Shown piece by piece: positions 1 through 13,856 of a stretch of 64,000 nt of DNA. The notes beneath the pieces were generated by a model, which was not told the origin of the DNA, did no database searches, and was given only the letters and a program-made list of their open reading frames with translations. Numbering within the stretch: position 1 is the first letter of the stretch; each line of letters opens with the position of its first letter. Origin of the DNA: the human T2T-CHM13v2.0 reference genome, Homo sapiens; assembly GCF_009914755.1 (NCBI RefSeq), contig NC_060934.1. One strand, written 5' to 3'. A program made the position numbers and the translations under genes.

Positions 1-370
1 TGGCCGAAATATTAATATCAAGACAAATAGATAATAACTCAAAACACATTATTAGGGCTAAATTAGAAAGTAAATTATATAATAATGAAAGCAGTTACTT
101 TCAAGAATATATGAACTTTTATGAACTCGACAACATAAAGAGAAATTTTAAAGCACAACTGATAGATATACAATGTAAAACTGTCAAATTTACCACCATT
201 TTGGATATTTTTAAATACCTATCAAACAGAAACAAATTAATCCAGCACAAAAAATTCTTAAGGATACAGAAAATTTGAATGAGAGGATTAGTGACCTTTA
301 TATAACAAAAATATATAGAACCCTGCGTGCAACCTACAGAGAAAATACTTTATTTTCAACAGTACATTCT
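1..370 (+). mobile_element. Degenerate old L1 (L1M) ORF2 endonuclease-region fragment
   Basis: A-rich text such as 'aaggatacagaaaatttgaa...atatatagaaccctgc...aaatactttattttc' resembles the L1 EN region, as also seen at 24500-24600 and 31420-31520. Confidence 0.6.
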
Positions 371-641
371 CTACAATTTTTATTACATCTGTTATATATT
401 ATTTATTTCATAATCACATAAGCTATAATTACAGAATAGTGCTAAAAGTGATTTTTTTTAGTTGGTGTTCTCTTGTTCTTAAATTCAGTGTGAATGCTTT
501 TATGTATAACTTTGCCTTTAGGTTTTATATAATCATCTTAATAGTGTGACTGTTTTTCTTTCATTAGATTTTTTTCTTTGAGAAATGAAAATTAATATAT
601 TGGTATGATATGTTTTTCTCTTGTGACCTATTAGTTATTTC

Positions 642-998
642 TGCAATGGATTGAATATTTGTATCCTTTCAAAAGTCATGTGTTAAAATCCTAACACCCA
701 GTGTGACGGGATTAGGAAGTGGGGTGTTTGGAAGGTGATGATTAGGTCATCATTAATGGGATTAGTGTTTTTTAAAAGAGACATCACAGATCTCTCTTGA
801 TCTCTTTCCATCATGGGAAGATACAATGAGAAGTTAGTTGCCAGTCTAAAACTCCAAAGAGGGTCTTCACCAAAACTCAATCATACTGGCACCCTGATCT
901 CAAACCTCTAGCCTCCACAACTTTGAGAAAGACATTTCTATTTTCTAAGCCTCCCAGTCTATGGTACTTTGATATAGCAGCCTGGACTGACTAGGGCA
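642..998 (+). mobile_element. MaLR solo LTR, MLT1A-like
   Basis: Begins 'tgcaatggattgaatatttg'; ends 'taagcctcccagtctatggtactttgatatagcagcctggactgactagggca', the typical MLT1A 3' end. Confidence 0.8.
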
Positions 999-1083
999 TT
1001 ATCTTATAGTGTTTCTCAACATTGATCTATTCTTACACTTCTCACATGAAGCCCATGTTATTGTGGACTTTTCTCTTTAAACA

Positions 1084-1427
<344 letters not shown>

Positions 1428-2487
1428 TGATACAAATTTCTTAATTCAACATATATTGATTGCATTCTCTCCTTTGACTGAGAGAGCTAAACCTGAGCTT
1501 TGGGCATGTAGGAGAAAGTAACCCTTACGATGTTAGGATATCACATTTAGGAGCATCTCCCTACTCAATGCCAAAATGAGAGGGATGCAAATCGGAAGCT
1601 ATTGGTACCTCACTAAAATCTCTCTGTCACCTGGCAATACTGTTTTCTGGTGAGCAGATACATTCTTCAGTTTTATCTGGACCAAACACAGCCCAGTCTC
1701 CTCCAAACACTTTGTAATGGTGAAGATGCGAGAAAGCATAGTAATACTATCCATTAAGTGTTCAATTCTCCAATTACTTAGTCAGATTGCTGATTACTGG
1801 GCTCTCCAAAATTCTTGTTTCTGCCCCTGAAACTCTTCCTTAAAAAAAGTGGATTGCAGGTTTCTCTTCTTGCCTCTCTGGTCTATAATCTTTTCTTACT
1901 TGATCCATCCCTTAATTTGGTCTCATTCACTTTAAATGTACAGAAAAGAATAAAATACTTTATCTGTTAGTCTTTCTTATTTCCATTATCTGTGCCAACA
2001 CACATTCATTTTATTATGTATTTCTTTATTGTCATTTTAGTGAGATTTTCTGAGGAATGGTAGAAAATTGTAGGTGCCTATTTCAGCACTTTGAACACAG
2101 TGCTTCTCAATATAAATTGTAAATGATTGTTGACGAAATAATTGAGATCTTATCACAAAGTTTCTCAATTTGTAAATGGTAGTTCAGAGACCAGAGTATG
2201 AGTTGCACAGATATAGTTCCCTATGTTTAGGAAATTTTTTCAAGCCAGAAATTTGTCTCGTGGTTGGATTTGAAAGTCAGTTGAACCTAGCTTTTGGCAG
2301 TAACAAATAGTTTTAAATAATATATGAAGGTGATACAATTCATTTGAGATAAACATCTGGTTTTTAGTTCCAGGAGCAGTGATGGACTGTTGTTAACTCA
2401 GCCATTTTCTCCTACCACCAAAAATTATTTTACATCGGTGACATGGTAGGAGTTCTTAAGAACACTGTTGAGAAAGAATGGGAGATG

Positions 2488-2607
2488 GCACTTTGGGAGG
2501 CCAAGGTAGGTGGATTGCTTGAGCCCAGGAGTTCAAGACCAGCCTGGGAAACATGGTAAAACCCTGTATCTAAACCCCTAAATACAAAAATTAGCCAGGC
2601 CTGGTGT
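2488..2607 (+). mobile_element. Alu left-monomer fragment (AluJ-like)
   Basis: 'gcactttgggaggccaaggtaggtggattgcttgagcccaggagttcaagaccagcctggg...aatacaaaaattagcc'. Confidence 0.9.
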
Positions 2608-3442
2608 AGAAATTCTCTACATTTTAAAAATGTATCCTTTATGGATAAAGGCTTTGAGGACTTCTGGTTTATGGTCTAACAGATAATGAGCTTGGAAGTT
2701 GCCACTCCTAACAAAAAAATATAAAGTTGAACAAACTGAAAAATCACCAAATCTTCTTAGATCCACCAGTGAAGACAAATCCCTGGCCCTCAAATTAGAG
2801 ACACAGGTGAATACAGAGAACTGTAATTTAATGGAGCAGAAAGCCACAAGCAGAAACTTCCAAGGGAACAAGTACAGGGGTAGGGAAATGAGAACCATAA
2901 TGGACAAATTGCTGCAGGCTCACTGGACAAGCCTGAGGGTTACAAACTCAGTCACTTGTAAGTTTTTCCTCCAGGAGTACTACCAGGTCCTCATGGAGAA
3001 CATCAGAAACCCCCCCACCTCCACGATTAATGCAGGAGGAAGGAAAGGGAAACAACTGAAATACTCGAGAGCATTATGTTCTTAATAATGCCTGCTCTCA
3101 GGTGAAACCAGTTAATCACAGCTTCTCTTGCTGGGGTTTTATCAGAGTAGGATGACAGATGCCCAACTTGAGACCCCTCTAGCCATTCTCTTCCACCTAA
3201 GGAGAAAGGGAGGAACCAAGACGTGCTTTTGAATTCACATTTCAGAGGCAAAGTCTCACAAAATACTGAGACCAAATCACAGGACTATAGAATACTTCCT
3301 CTTCCCCCACACCCTTTCAGCACATTACTAAAGGCCTATTTGTGACAGCAATACCTTTTATCCAGTACATCATGCCTGGATATCAAAAGAAAAAATTACA
3401 AGGCACACTAAAATGCAAAAAACAAAGCTTGAGTACACAGAG

Positions 3443-3830
3443 CATATTAGGCCATTCTTGCATTGCTGTAAACAGATCCCTGAGACTGAGTCATTTATAA
3501 GAAAAGAGGTTTAATTGGCTTATGGTTCTGCAGACTATAGGAAACAGCGGCATCTGCTTCTGGGGGAGGCCTCAGGGAGTTTTTGCTCATGTCAGAAGGC
3601 AGAGCTGGAGTACATATTTCACATGGCAAAAGTAGGAGTCAGGGAGAGAGAGAGAGTGGGAGAGTTGATGGGGAGGAGGTGCCACACACTTTAATGAGAG
3701 CTCAAGTATCAATGAGGGGATGGCCCAAGCCATTCATGATCCAGACAACTCCCACCAGGCCCCACCTCCAACGCTGAGGATTACATTTTCACATGAGATT
3801 TCGGTGGGGACAATTATCCAATCTATATCA
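3443..3830 (-). mobile_element. MaLR solo LTR, MSTA/MSTB
   Basis: MST body ending '...tggggacaattatccaatctatatca'; 5-bp TSD cagag at 3438-3442 and 3831-3835. Confidence 0.9.
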
Positions 3831-3959
3831 CAGAGCAAGTATTGGAACCAAAGTCAGATATGACAGGAATGTTGGAATGATCAGACCAGGGATTTAAAAC
3901 AACTCTGACTAATATGCTAAGGGTTCTCACGGATAAAGCAGTCAGAGTTAGCATGCAAG

Positions 3960-4509
3960 TGTTACAGGAAAGGGGTCCAGATCCAGATCCCAAGAGAGGG
4001 TTCTTAATCTCTCATAAGAAAGAATTCAGGGTGAGTCTGTAAAGTGAAAGCAAGTTTATTAAGAAAGTTTAGGAATAAAAAAATGGCTACTCCATAGACA
4101 GAAAAGCCCAGAGGGCTGCTAGTTGTCTATTTCTATGGTTATTTCTTGACTGTATGCTAAACAAGGGGTGGATTATTCATGCCTTCTCTTTTCAGACCAT
4201 ATAGGGTAACTTCCTGATGTTGCCATGGCATTTGTAAACTGTCATGGCGCTAGTGGGAGTGTAGCAGTGAGGACGACCAGAGGTCAATCTCATCGCCATC
4301 TTGGTTTTGGTGGTTTTTGGCCAGCTTCTTTACTGAAAGCTGTTTTATAAGCAAGGTCTTTATGACCTGTATCTTGTGCTGACCTCCTATCTCATTCTGT
4401 GACTTAGAATGTCTTAACCATCCAGGAATGCAGCCCAGTAGGTCTCGGCTGCATTTTACCCAGCCCCTACTCAAGATGGAGTTTGTTCTGGTTCACCATA
4501 CCTCTGACA
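3960..4509 (-). mobile_element. ERV1 solo LTR, MER41 (MER41A-length)
   Basis: TG...CA termini 'tgttacaggaaaggggtcc' and 'cctctgaca'; 550 bp; 4-bp TSD caag at 3956-3959 and 4510-4513. Confidence 0.9.
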
Positions 4510-5454
4510 CAAGCACAGATGAGCAATGTAACTGAGTGCATTCTTTCTTCTGCTAGCACTGTGTGTTTCTGACTGTGGAGGCTGTGAGCCCATGAACTTA
4601 ATCATTCATTTACTCCTCTTGGTCCTGATGTTTGGCTGGTGCTTGAAGACCTAACTCTGGCAATTAAGATTTCTTAGCTCATTTTCTGTTTTCCGCCATG
4701 GCATTCTCCCAAACCCTTTCCCAAGTTTGCCTTTAAAATTACTTTTAAAAAAATGTAGTTGTGGCCCACTAGCCTGATTTTAATGCTAATTAACCCAGTT
4801 TTTGTTTTGTTTTGTTTTTAGCTGGAACGGTATTTGCAAATTTGCAAGATGACTGGCCAGAATTAAGGATGTATTCTGTGGCCATTTAATGAAGATTTGT
4901 TGCATGTGAACAAAATTTTCTTCTATTGTATTGTCCAAGATCAAATAGGAAATTAAACTTCTCGCTGTATTGGCATTCACAATACAACTAATTACTACTT
5001 TCTTCTTATTACTTTTTAATTTGATGTCATTTTAAAGTGCAACCAAGTTCATGATGGAACACACAGATATCATATAGCTCTAATAAAATACAGTCTCCCA
5101 TTTTTTTCTTTTCATTTTGTGGAAATAGTATTATCCAACAATAACCTATAAGTCATGCTCCATTGCCACTGTATTTTATAATCTTGTGCAATGATATTTT
5201 TATTCTAAGCCGTGACAGCATGGCTGAATCTGAAACCAACAGGGTTATATTGCAAATGTTGCCATTTTTCAAAATAGCTGTAGTATAAAAGAGAAGTTGA
5301 TGAGATAGAAAAAGGGACATTTAATTTTTTAAAAAAAGGGCTGTGTATAATTTGTATTTTATAAACTGTAATTCAAACAATTTACTATAAAATTATCTTT
5401 GATTTCCAGGTTTCTTTGTTTTCTTTGGGATAAAGTCAAAGAAATAGGATATAG

Positions 5455-5456
<2 letters not shown>

Positions 5457-5494
<38 letters not shown>
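5457..5494. repeat. (GT)n microsatellite, about 19 units
   Basis: Read directly. Confidence 0.95.
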
Positions 5495-5497
<3 letters not shown>

Positions 5498-5840
5498 TGT
5501 CTAGGAAATAGGTTATGTTTTTGCAGTAATCTGATCTCAGAATGCAAATTCAGGTAGATCTCATTTTAAAAAGCATGATTCAACATATACAAAATAATGT
5601 AAATGAATTCCCCAATTCATTTTCTTTTCTTGAGTGATATAAAGGGTTCCAAGTCATAAACCCTGACGATTCTTCTCTCACCCGTGTCTGCCCACTCACC
5701 AGATCCTCAAAGGGTTCCTCCCAATCACCTCTGGCTCCTTACCACTGCATCCTCAGGCACAAAGTCTGCCACCCATCAGGCTCTTTCAGAGTCCTGACTG
5801 TCCCTCCTGAGGGAATATTTCCCTTTCTGTGCCTTCCTGT

Positions 5841-5888
5841 TTCTTCTGAGCACTCCTGGGTGTCTTCTTCTGAGCACTCCTGGGTGTC
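5841..5888. repeat. Perfect 24-bp tandem duplication
   Basis: ttcttctgagcactcctgggtgtc x2. Confidence 0.95.
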
Positions 5889-7096
5889 TGTGTTCATCCT
5901 GCCACTCCCCATTGCAGTTCTGCATCTTCTGAGGAGAATGGACTTATCAAGGATTATGGATTGTGGAAAATAGACCCTGTTTCCATGTGGCCCACTTTCA
6001 AAATGGCACCCTTGTGAAAGAAAGACAATGGAATAATCAAAAAGCAACTTTGAATGAACTTACTGAATTTCATGGACATTTTCCACGTTTAGACATCTCT
6101 TAAAATCTATTAATAGTGTGTTTTAAAAGTTTAAAGGGCAGCCTTTGCTTTTTTTAGTGATATACAATGTGATTTCTTTTCATCAATGGCCCCTTAGATT
6201 TGATGAAATTTAATGAATGCCTTCACCATGTTTTTCAAACACTCTGAAGATATTATGTAACTAGAGCAATCATCCTAAAATTCCTCTTTATATATTTCAG
6301 CTCTTGCTTCTGACTGAAATCCTCCTTCCCCAGGCCTGTCCAATATACCACTTTTCCTCAAATACTTTCCCTTTTTTCTATACTACAGCACACAACCTAG
6401 AGAAGATGACTTGTGAGAGAGGAGAAGGAACCACACTCAATCAGAGTTCAGTTTGGGGAGGGCAGAAGAAAGAGTAAAGCTTTCAACACTTCATAGGAGT
6501 CATTTATATTCTACTACATTTACCAAGAAGAGCGTTTTGTAGCAAGACATCTAATATCCCTGCAATTGTTTTTGCGCTTATACTGATATAATTCACAAAG
6601 TTCATCATCATATCATTGATTCATTGCTCTGAATTCCTCAAATAACATGGTACTATCAATATAATGAATGGTTTGCTTGCACAAAGGACTGTGGAACACA
6701 TTATAACTCTGGTTGCATCGTTTGTTGGTTGGGGAGGTCAGTCAGGGTGTTTCCTTTTAACTAAAATCTTCCTCAGAAACTTGACTCAATTTTAATTCTT
6801 GCCAGGAAAGTCTTGAATTCCCTAAGAAAAACTATGAGCTTTTCGTCAGTATTTTTGGGAAGTGCTTACTCTAGTCTAATGAAATAAGTTAAAGGAGAGA
6901 AATGTGTACCCCTGTATGGCTCAGCAAATAAATGCCAAAAAACCCCCCGACATTTACCACAGATGTATAACAAATAACTTAAATCCTCTTTTAATTCCAT
7001 ATGGCTATGATGCTTCGCCTCAGGGAATTTGTAATTTGTGCCATCGAGGTAAACAGTAAGGTTTTCTTCGGTTTATTTTCTTCCTTTAAAATATAT

Positions 7097-7335
7097 CTCA
7101 TAGGTGGGAATTGAACAATGAGAACACATGGACACAGGAAGGGGAACATCACACACCTGGGACTGTTGTGGGGTGGGGGGAGGGGGGAGGGATAGCATTA
7201 GGAGATATACCTAATGCTAAATGACGAGTTAATGGGTGCAGCACACCAACATGGCACATGTATACATATGTAACAAATCTGCAGGTTGTGCACATGTACC
7301 CTAAAACTTAAAGTATAATAATAATAAAATTAAAA
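7097..7335 (+). mobile_element. Young L1PA (about PA2-PA4) 3' end, 5'-truncated
   Basis: L1 3'UTR 'gggaattgaacaatgagaacacatggacacagg...ccctaaaacttaaagtataataat'; TSD aaaatatat on both sides. Confidence 0.95.
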
Positions 7336-10300
7336 AATATATATATATTATAAGTAGCAATGTGAAATTTGCTACTTCAATATTACAGCCATAAATAAGA
7401 ACATATGTATCTTCTATGTTTATTCATGAAGAAATTAAGTGACATTATACTAACATACACTAATATGGCTATTCGCCAAATTGTATTTTCATGAACGCAT
7501 CCTCCAAGATATCAAGAGAAGCCTTGCAAGTTACCTCCTAGGTTGAAATAATGACCCCAAGTCCTAAAAAAAATGCTCTTTTCCTTCTTAAATAGTCTCT
7601 TTGCTCAGCTCTTATTTCTCTCTTGAATCTTAGCTGTATACATTGAAATTGTAGGGATAATTGATCATTACATTAAGCAGATATCTCTTGAGGTTAAACG
7701 TACTTCAGGAACTTTGATTATCAGATAGTTTTGGATTTAATATTGTCAATGTCTTAGCAACTTAAACGATAAAATTTACTCTAGAGCTGTGGCCATTTAA
7801 GCATGTAGATGTGTACTGTATTGTCATTAGGCAGCCCACTGTTTTGATAAATAGAAGCGTTCCTATTCCTTCAGTAAAACCTACATTTTTTCTATATATA
7901 CTAGAACTTTGTTACCATACACATTCTAGATAATTTCATCTCATCTATTTTTCTAGTTCATTAACTTTTTCAATATTTTAAATCTGTTATTTAACTGTCC
8001 ATTGACATTTTCATTTTATTAGCTAAAATTTTTATTACTTGTCATTTTTTCTTTTTTGAAATAAATTTGGTCATTTGATATGTGAATCGTTTTTCCTCAT
8101 ATTATAATACTTTATGTCTGTGCTATTTAACATTTATTTATAATCTTCATATTGCATTACATGGGATTTTTGAGTTATAATCTTGTTGTTTCTTATGTAA
8201 GATCAATTTTAAGTAACTGTGAGGCCTAGCTTGAACGTTTTCCCCTTATGAAAAGTTTTTATTTCCTTCTGCTAATTAATTATGAGAATTGTAAGGCTGG
8301 GACCACTTTATAATGTTAATTTCCAGCCCAGAGTTTTCTGTGACTTGCAGATTGTACACATTAGAACCCGAAACTTCTGTAATAGCACGTCTAAGACCAC
8401 ACATTCCCATGACAGACCACATGACTTCTACCTAGAGAGCAAGTCAAGATACTCAAGTCTTCCTGTTGTCTTTATCTGCTGGACAGGTGGGCAGCTTTTC
8501 TAGTCTACCTGCTCATTGAGGATGTAGCCTCAAAATCCTGGGTTTTTGTGGAAAGTCTAAATGTCAACCAGTCATCGCATCTGGGACCAAATCCTTACCT
8601 CCTATTCCCCATGGCCATTAAAATGCTAACTACCTGGTTATCAAGACATGCAGTGTTTTCATTAAAACCTCTTTCTTAACTCATTTTGCTACTCTGTTTA
8701 TTTTTTCATCCCAGAATATTATTTCCCTAATTTTATAAGCTTAAATCTGCATCTTAATAAATGTTTATTATAATTTATTCAGAATTGCTCTTTGCTTTGT
8801 ATTGGAGCTTCATCAAATTTTCCAGTATATCACATTATCATAAACAAATATATATTCTTTATTAAGAATGTTCTTGATTTCATTTCTTTATATTTAGTTC
8901 TCATAGTCTGGTATCATCATTAATCTTCTCATCTCCTAAAACATCTTCTTTCTGGCTCCAAGAAATATGTATACTATTATTCTATGGTGTGGAATTTTTT
9001 CCCTATTTTTCCCCCAGTAAATCTCTGGTCTACTAAAAGTGTAGCATTTGTGGAAATCATAGCTGCATACATAGATGCAACAAAAGGCATGATTTTAATC
9101 CACATATAATGAAAATTGGCCTTATTCATTAACATACTATTATACATTAGAATGGTTAAAATTTTTAATGCTGCCTAATTTAAAACTTTTTACTTTCTTC
9201 ATCTGAAATGTTTAAGAGCACACATAACACAACTTCTGGGTAATGATTCAATATGTCTCTTGACATTTTTTAGAAATGCCACTTGAATTATTAATGTTAA
9301 GTATATTGTTGCTGAAAGAAAGGTTAAGAATATGTTGAATATCAAGATGCTGGTGTTCTAAATAATATGACACAGGCTATTATATTTCATAATTGCTGTT
9401 GAATCTAAATTGGTCAAATAATATATTCAGAGATTATGATAAGATTATTTTCATTTCTGGCCATATTTCATGACCATAGCTATTCCCACAGCTATTTAAT
9501 TTAAGTCAGATGTGCCAAGTTAAGGATTATTTAGACTCAGATATAAGAAGAGCCCACTGAAATGCACCAAATGTGCCATGCTGTAAAACTAGTATTAGTA
9601 GCAAAGAGGAGGGCAGAGTAGTGTGAGAGGAAGGTGAGAGTGGATAACAGGTGGAAATTTAGTGAGCATATCTGTGTTAGAGTTTAATAATATTGGCAAT
9701 AATTAACTAACTGTCCTTGCATTGTGCAGCCAAAGCCAATCAGAGAGTTAGAATTTTGTAATAGAGATCTAGCTCAGATTTCAGATTTTGAAAAGAATAT
9801 GGAAATCAGTAACGAACAATGACATTACTTCTAGGTCATGGTTATCACTGGCAAAAAAATCAAAGAAGCATGTAATAAAGGTCAAAACACAATGAACCAG
9901 GTACTTAGAGTTCAATCTGGGCAAGAATCTGGCTGACTGTTTTGGTGGACAATTTCCTGCTGTAAGATTATTTTTGTATTCCTTTGGTCAGGGACCAAAC
10001 TGATAACAAAAAACAAGACAAATCTGGATAGTTAGGTGTTTTCCAACAGAAATGGAGAGGGGAAGGACCAAGGGCAGAGCTATATAGATAAAAGATGAAT
10101 GTCTTAGAAGAACTGTTGGAGGATTAGCTTGGAGGAAGTTAATCAGACAAACTTCTGGGTCAGCAGGTTTTCATAGTATTGTTGGATTTCCCCATAATCA
10201 TAATGGACATTTCAATTCATGTAGTTTAAATGTTAAGTCAGCTCATTCAGTTTCCTTTCAGTTACTGTTAGAAAAGGAAATTTTTGCTAATCTATTTTCA

Positions 10301-10720
10301 TGATAATTGTGACATAGCATAAACTGTAGATGAATGTTTTTATAGAGTAAAATGTTCATTTGAAAATGGCCATGGCTATTTCTTAAATACTAAAGAAAGA
10401 TATAGCTAGGATATATTAGATAATATAGACTTAATACATGGAATGTATTTTCATGAACAATTCCTGAACTTTTTAAATTAGTACCTATTTATAAAGGTGG
10501 GCTTTATGTTTTACACACTATTGTTGTAAGAGGTCTATTTTTTTCTCAATATATTACACAATTTATGCTTTTCAGGATTTTGCCCCAATTATCTTTGCTA
10601 CTTGTAATTGTTTTAAATTAATATATGAAGGTAAAGTTTTACAATGGAAACTCAGTTTGGAAAGTTATACCCAAAGCTTTCTAGAAAGCCTTCTATCTCA
10701 CAGTTGTATGAAAACAATTA

Positions 10721-11083
10721 TGTCATAGTCCACTTTCTGCTGTTATAATAGCATACCACACACTAGGGAACTTGTGAAAAACAGAAGCTGATTTGGCTCA
10801 TGGTTCTAGAGGCTGGGAAGTCCAAGAGCACAGTGCTAGCATCTGCTTGGCATCTGGTGAGGGTCTTTTTACTGTTTCATAACATGGTAGAAGAGCAAGA
10901 GAGCAAGCAAAAGAACAAGAGAGGAAAAGGAGGCCAAACTCTCATGATAACTAAGTCACTCCCTCAATAAAGGCATTAATTCATTCATCAAGATGGATTC
11001 CTCATGATCTAATCACCTCTTAATACCATTACAATAGCAATTAAATTACAAGATGAGTTTTGGCATGGACATAAATTCATAGC
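10721..11083 (-). mobile_element. MaLR solo LTR, MSTC/MSTD-like
   Basis: 'tggctcatggttctagaggctgggaagtccaagagc...ctcatgatctaatcacctctta...catagca'. Confidence 0.8.
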
Positions 11084-11799
11084 AAATTAATAATCAAATT
11101 TTAAAAGAAATGAAGGTATCGGCTCTACATTAATTTGAATAACAGTTTTTTTTTGCATTGTGTCAATCTTAATAGGAAACAGAAATCTCCTTATCTGCAC
11201 AAATCATTGTTTCACTCCTTTTTCCTTTTTTTCATTAATTTTGAGTTAAAATTAGCGTATGAATTTTAATAATAATCTAGGAGGATATTGCCATTTATAT
11301 TAATAGTCAGGAGCTAATTTTTTAATTAAAGTGTTTCTTGCTTGGAGAGGCAGATCTATGAATTGTTCAAAACTTGGGCATAGAAATGCCCTGAATCTTC
11401 TTTTGACTTGGTCTCTGCACATGGAAGGCGTCAAAAAAAACCACTGCCTGCTAGGCTGCCAGCTAGTCTTTTTCCTGTCCATTCAAATATATTACTGTTC
11501 TATCTTGGCAATGACTCTGTGACTCACACTAAGAACATTTAGACCTAAAAAACCACCTTCTTTATGATATGTGATTTCAATGTCATGTACTCAATATCTA
11601 ATACCAAATATTAATTATTTTCACATTTGCTAGCGATTGTTGATCTCTGGGAAATGTCAAATCAAGTGTCTCACATGGGAATTCTCTTTAGTTTTGTAGC
11701 ATATTATTTGCTGGTTTCATGATCAAAAGACAATAATACATGATTGTATTGTTCTTCCTAATTATATTTGTATGAGAGAAATGCTTGTCACTAGCCATG

Positions 11800-12010
11800 G
11801 CCATGGAACTTGCAGTGCCTCCATGCCAGAGAATACTTCCTAACTTAACTGTCACCAGGCTTTGCCATGACTTGCTTTGCCCACCTGCATATGACTGGAA
11901 GTAATGCAAGGCACCCTTAGGACTTTATGTGGGAGCGAGGAGGGACACCGTGGGCTTGGCCACTCATCTTTCTGTCCTTGATACTGACAGCTCTTTTAGC
12001 CTGGATCCAA
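11800..12010 (+). mobile_element. Old MLT1 (I/J-like) LTR fragment
   Basis: 'gccatgacttgctttgccca...tgactggaagtaatg...ttttagcctggatcc'; strongly decayed. Confidence 0.4.
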
Positions 12011-13743
12011 ATATAAAAAAGAATTGCAAAACATTATGAAAGAATAGACTATTCTACCTACCCCCTCCCCCAAAGGGTAATATTTTCTTTATTATCTTTA
12101 AGGGTAAAGGTACACATTTTCTCAGGTCATTTGGAGGGCACTAGGCTGAGTAAGGGGAGAATGAAGGCATATTTGGTGAACATTTTTCAGATTTTAAATA
12201 GAGAGATTTCGGCCTTTATCCTCTGTCCTCTTGTTTTCCTGTTTTAATGTTTGTGCTAATAATTCTGCTATTAAGTAATGCTAACCTGAAAACTTAGTCA
12301 CAGTTCACAAAGTGTATGTTGCATTTTTATTTTGTTTTCAGGAGACAGTTTGCTCTAATTTAAAGCCAATGTCCCAAATCAGTTTAAGAATCCAACTTTG
12401 TAAGACAAAAGGTCAGCTTTTCCTAATTTATATCACCGTGGAAGAATAATTCTAAAAGAATAAGGATTGAACTGTCTCTGGGCTTTAATATAAGCTACTA
12501 TGCTTCAACTGAATGGTTTGAGGCACAGTAAAGTAAGATTATTAAAGGCTGCCACATGCTCAATATATAAGTAATGGGTACATAAGAACTTTCTGGTGAA
12601 GGGGAAGTTTATTTTGGGAGCAATAAGTTTTTCTTCCCTTTGTGATTTGAATTCTATTTCAATTGTTTTGGTGAAAATAAAAATGCCAGAAAGAATTCAT
12701 GTGTTTAGCTTGGGAGGCTGGTGTTTTAGAAACCTGATGGCTGATTGACAGAATATTTTTCTACTTCACAAATGTCACATGCCCTTATGGAGTGTGTATC
12801 AAATGTATGAATTACCTTCTTCATCCTCTCCACCTCTAAGAAGGAAGGGGTAGGTGAGCAGAATCCAATGCAATCACATCTTCCTGGAACACTCTATTTA
12901 GCAGATCTGGTAGAATCTTCCTCTGATGACGTTTAAGGTTGACTGCTTAGAGATGTTTTAGTAACTTTTCAGTCTTCATAAAAATAAATAAAAGCCCTAC
13001 TCACAAAGGAATGATGTTTGAGAGTCATCTCTAATATTAATAAGTACTACTTATTAGTAAAATAAAATAAGTATTACTGTTTAATAAAATGCAAACTATA
13101 AAAGTGAGACTTAACTGTTTGTAACCTTAGGATGAGAATCCAGACCTTCTGTGAGAATGCTTGCAAAGTTTTTTTTTTTGCTATTCCCAGCTTCACCCAG
13201 CATAACCGTATTACAGCGTGAAACTTCAAGAGGTGAGGAAGGAAAGAGCTACTTTCATTCTGACTTGCTGGGTTGTTGAGTGGAAACATTTGTATTCACC
13301 CTTGGTCCTAAAATTTTTATGCACAGCCACTGTGCTTCATCAAGATTCTCCTCTTTATGAATAACTTTCTTCTAGCAAACTTCCAACTATATGGGAAATT
13401 TAAGGCATTTCTGCATGTAATTATTGGCAAAATCACATATATTAATGAACACATAAGTAGTGGAGAACGTGACTTATAACCATCAAATTGACATTATCTA
13501 TTTAGGGCTGACAAATGACTATTAAAAACTTGAAGAAAGGTGTAACGATCATGTCTATCTGTCTGTATTACCAAAACCAAAATTTTTCTTCTTTGAAAAG
13601 GATAGATGAGTTAACATTTTTCATTTTGCTATTCCAGACCCTCTACAATATGACCTTGCTTGCTTCTTCTTCTTTCCCTTGCTACATTTTTTTTTCCTTG
13701 AATTTAGCAAATATTGCTCAGGTAGCTAATAAATATAAAACAC

Positions 13744-13856
13744 AGCTGGTCTGAGTGCAGTGGTGTTTACAACTAATTGATCACAACCAGTTACAGATTT
13801 CTTTGTTCCTTTTTCATTCCCACTGCTTCACTTCACTAGCCTAAAAAATAAAAATA
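13744..13856 (+). pseudogene. Y3 RNA (RNY3) processed pseudogene with A-rich tail
   Basis: Matches hY3 'GGCTGGTCCGAGTGCAGTGGTGTTTACAACTAATTGATCACAACCAGTTACAGATTTCTTTGTTCC...CTAGCC' with about 6 substitutions; followed by aaaaaataaaaata instead of the oligo-T terminator. Confidence 0.95.

Larger units (their letters stand above)
2656..4535 (+). mobile_element. Old L1 (L1MC/L1MD-like) 5'UTR plus ORF1 start, interrupted by MST and MER41 LTRs
   Basis: Homologous to 19981-20400 and 35805-36190 in this window ('atgagcttggaagt', 'gagacacaggtgaatacagag', 'cagatatgacagg'). Confidence 0.75.

Noticed and set aside
2699-3085. 128-aa ORF
   Set aside because: It lies in a decayed L1 5'UTR and resembles no protein I recognise.
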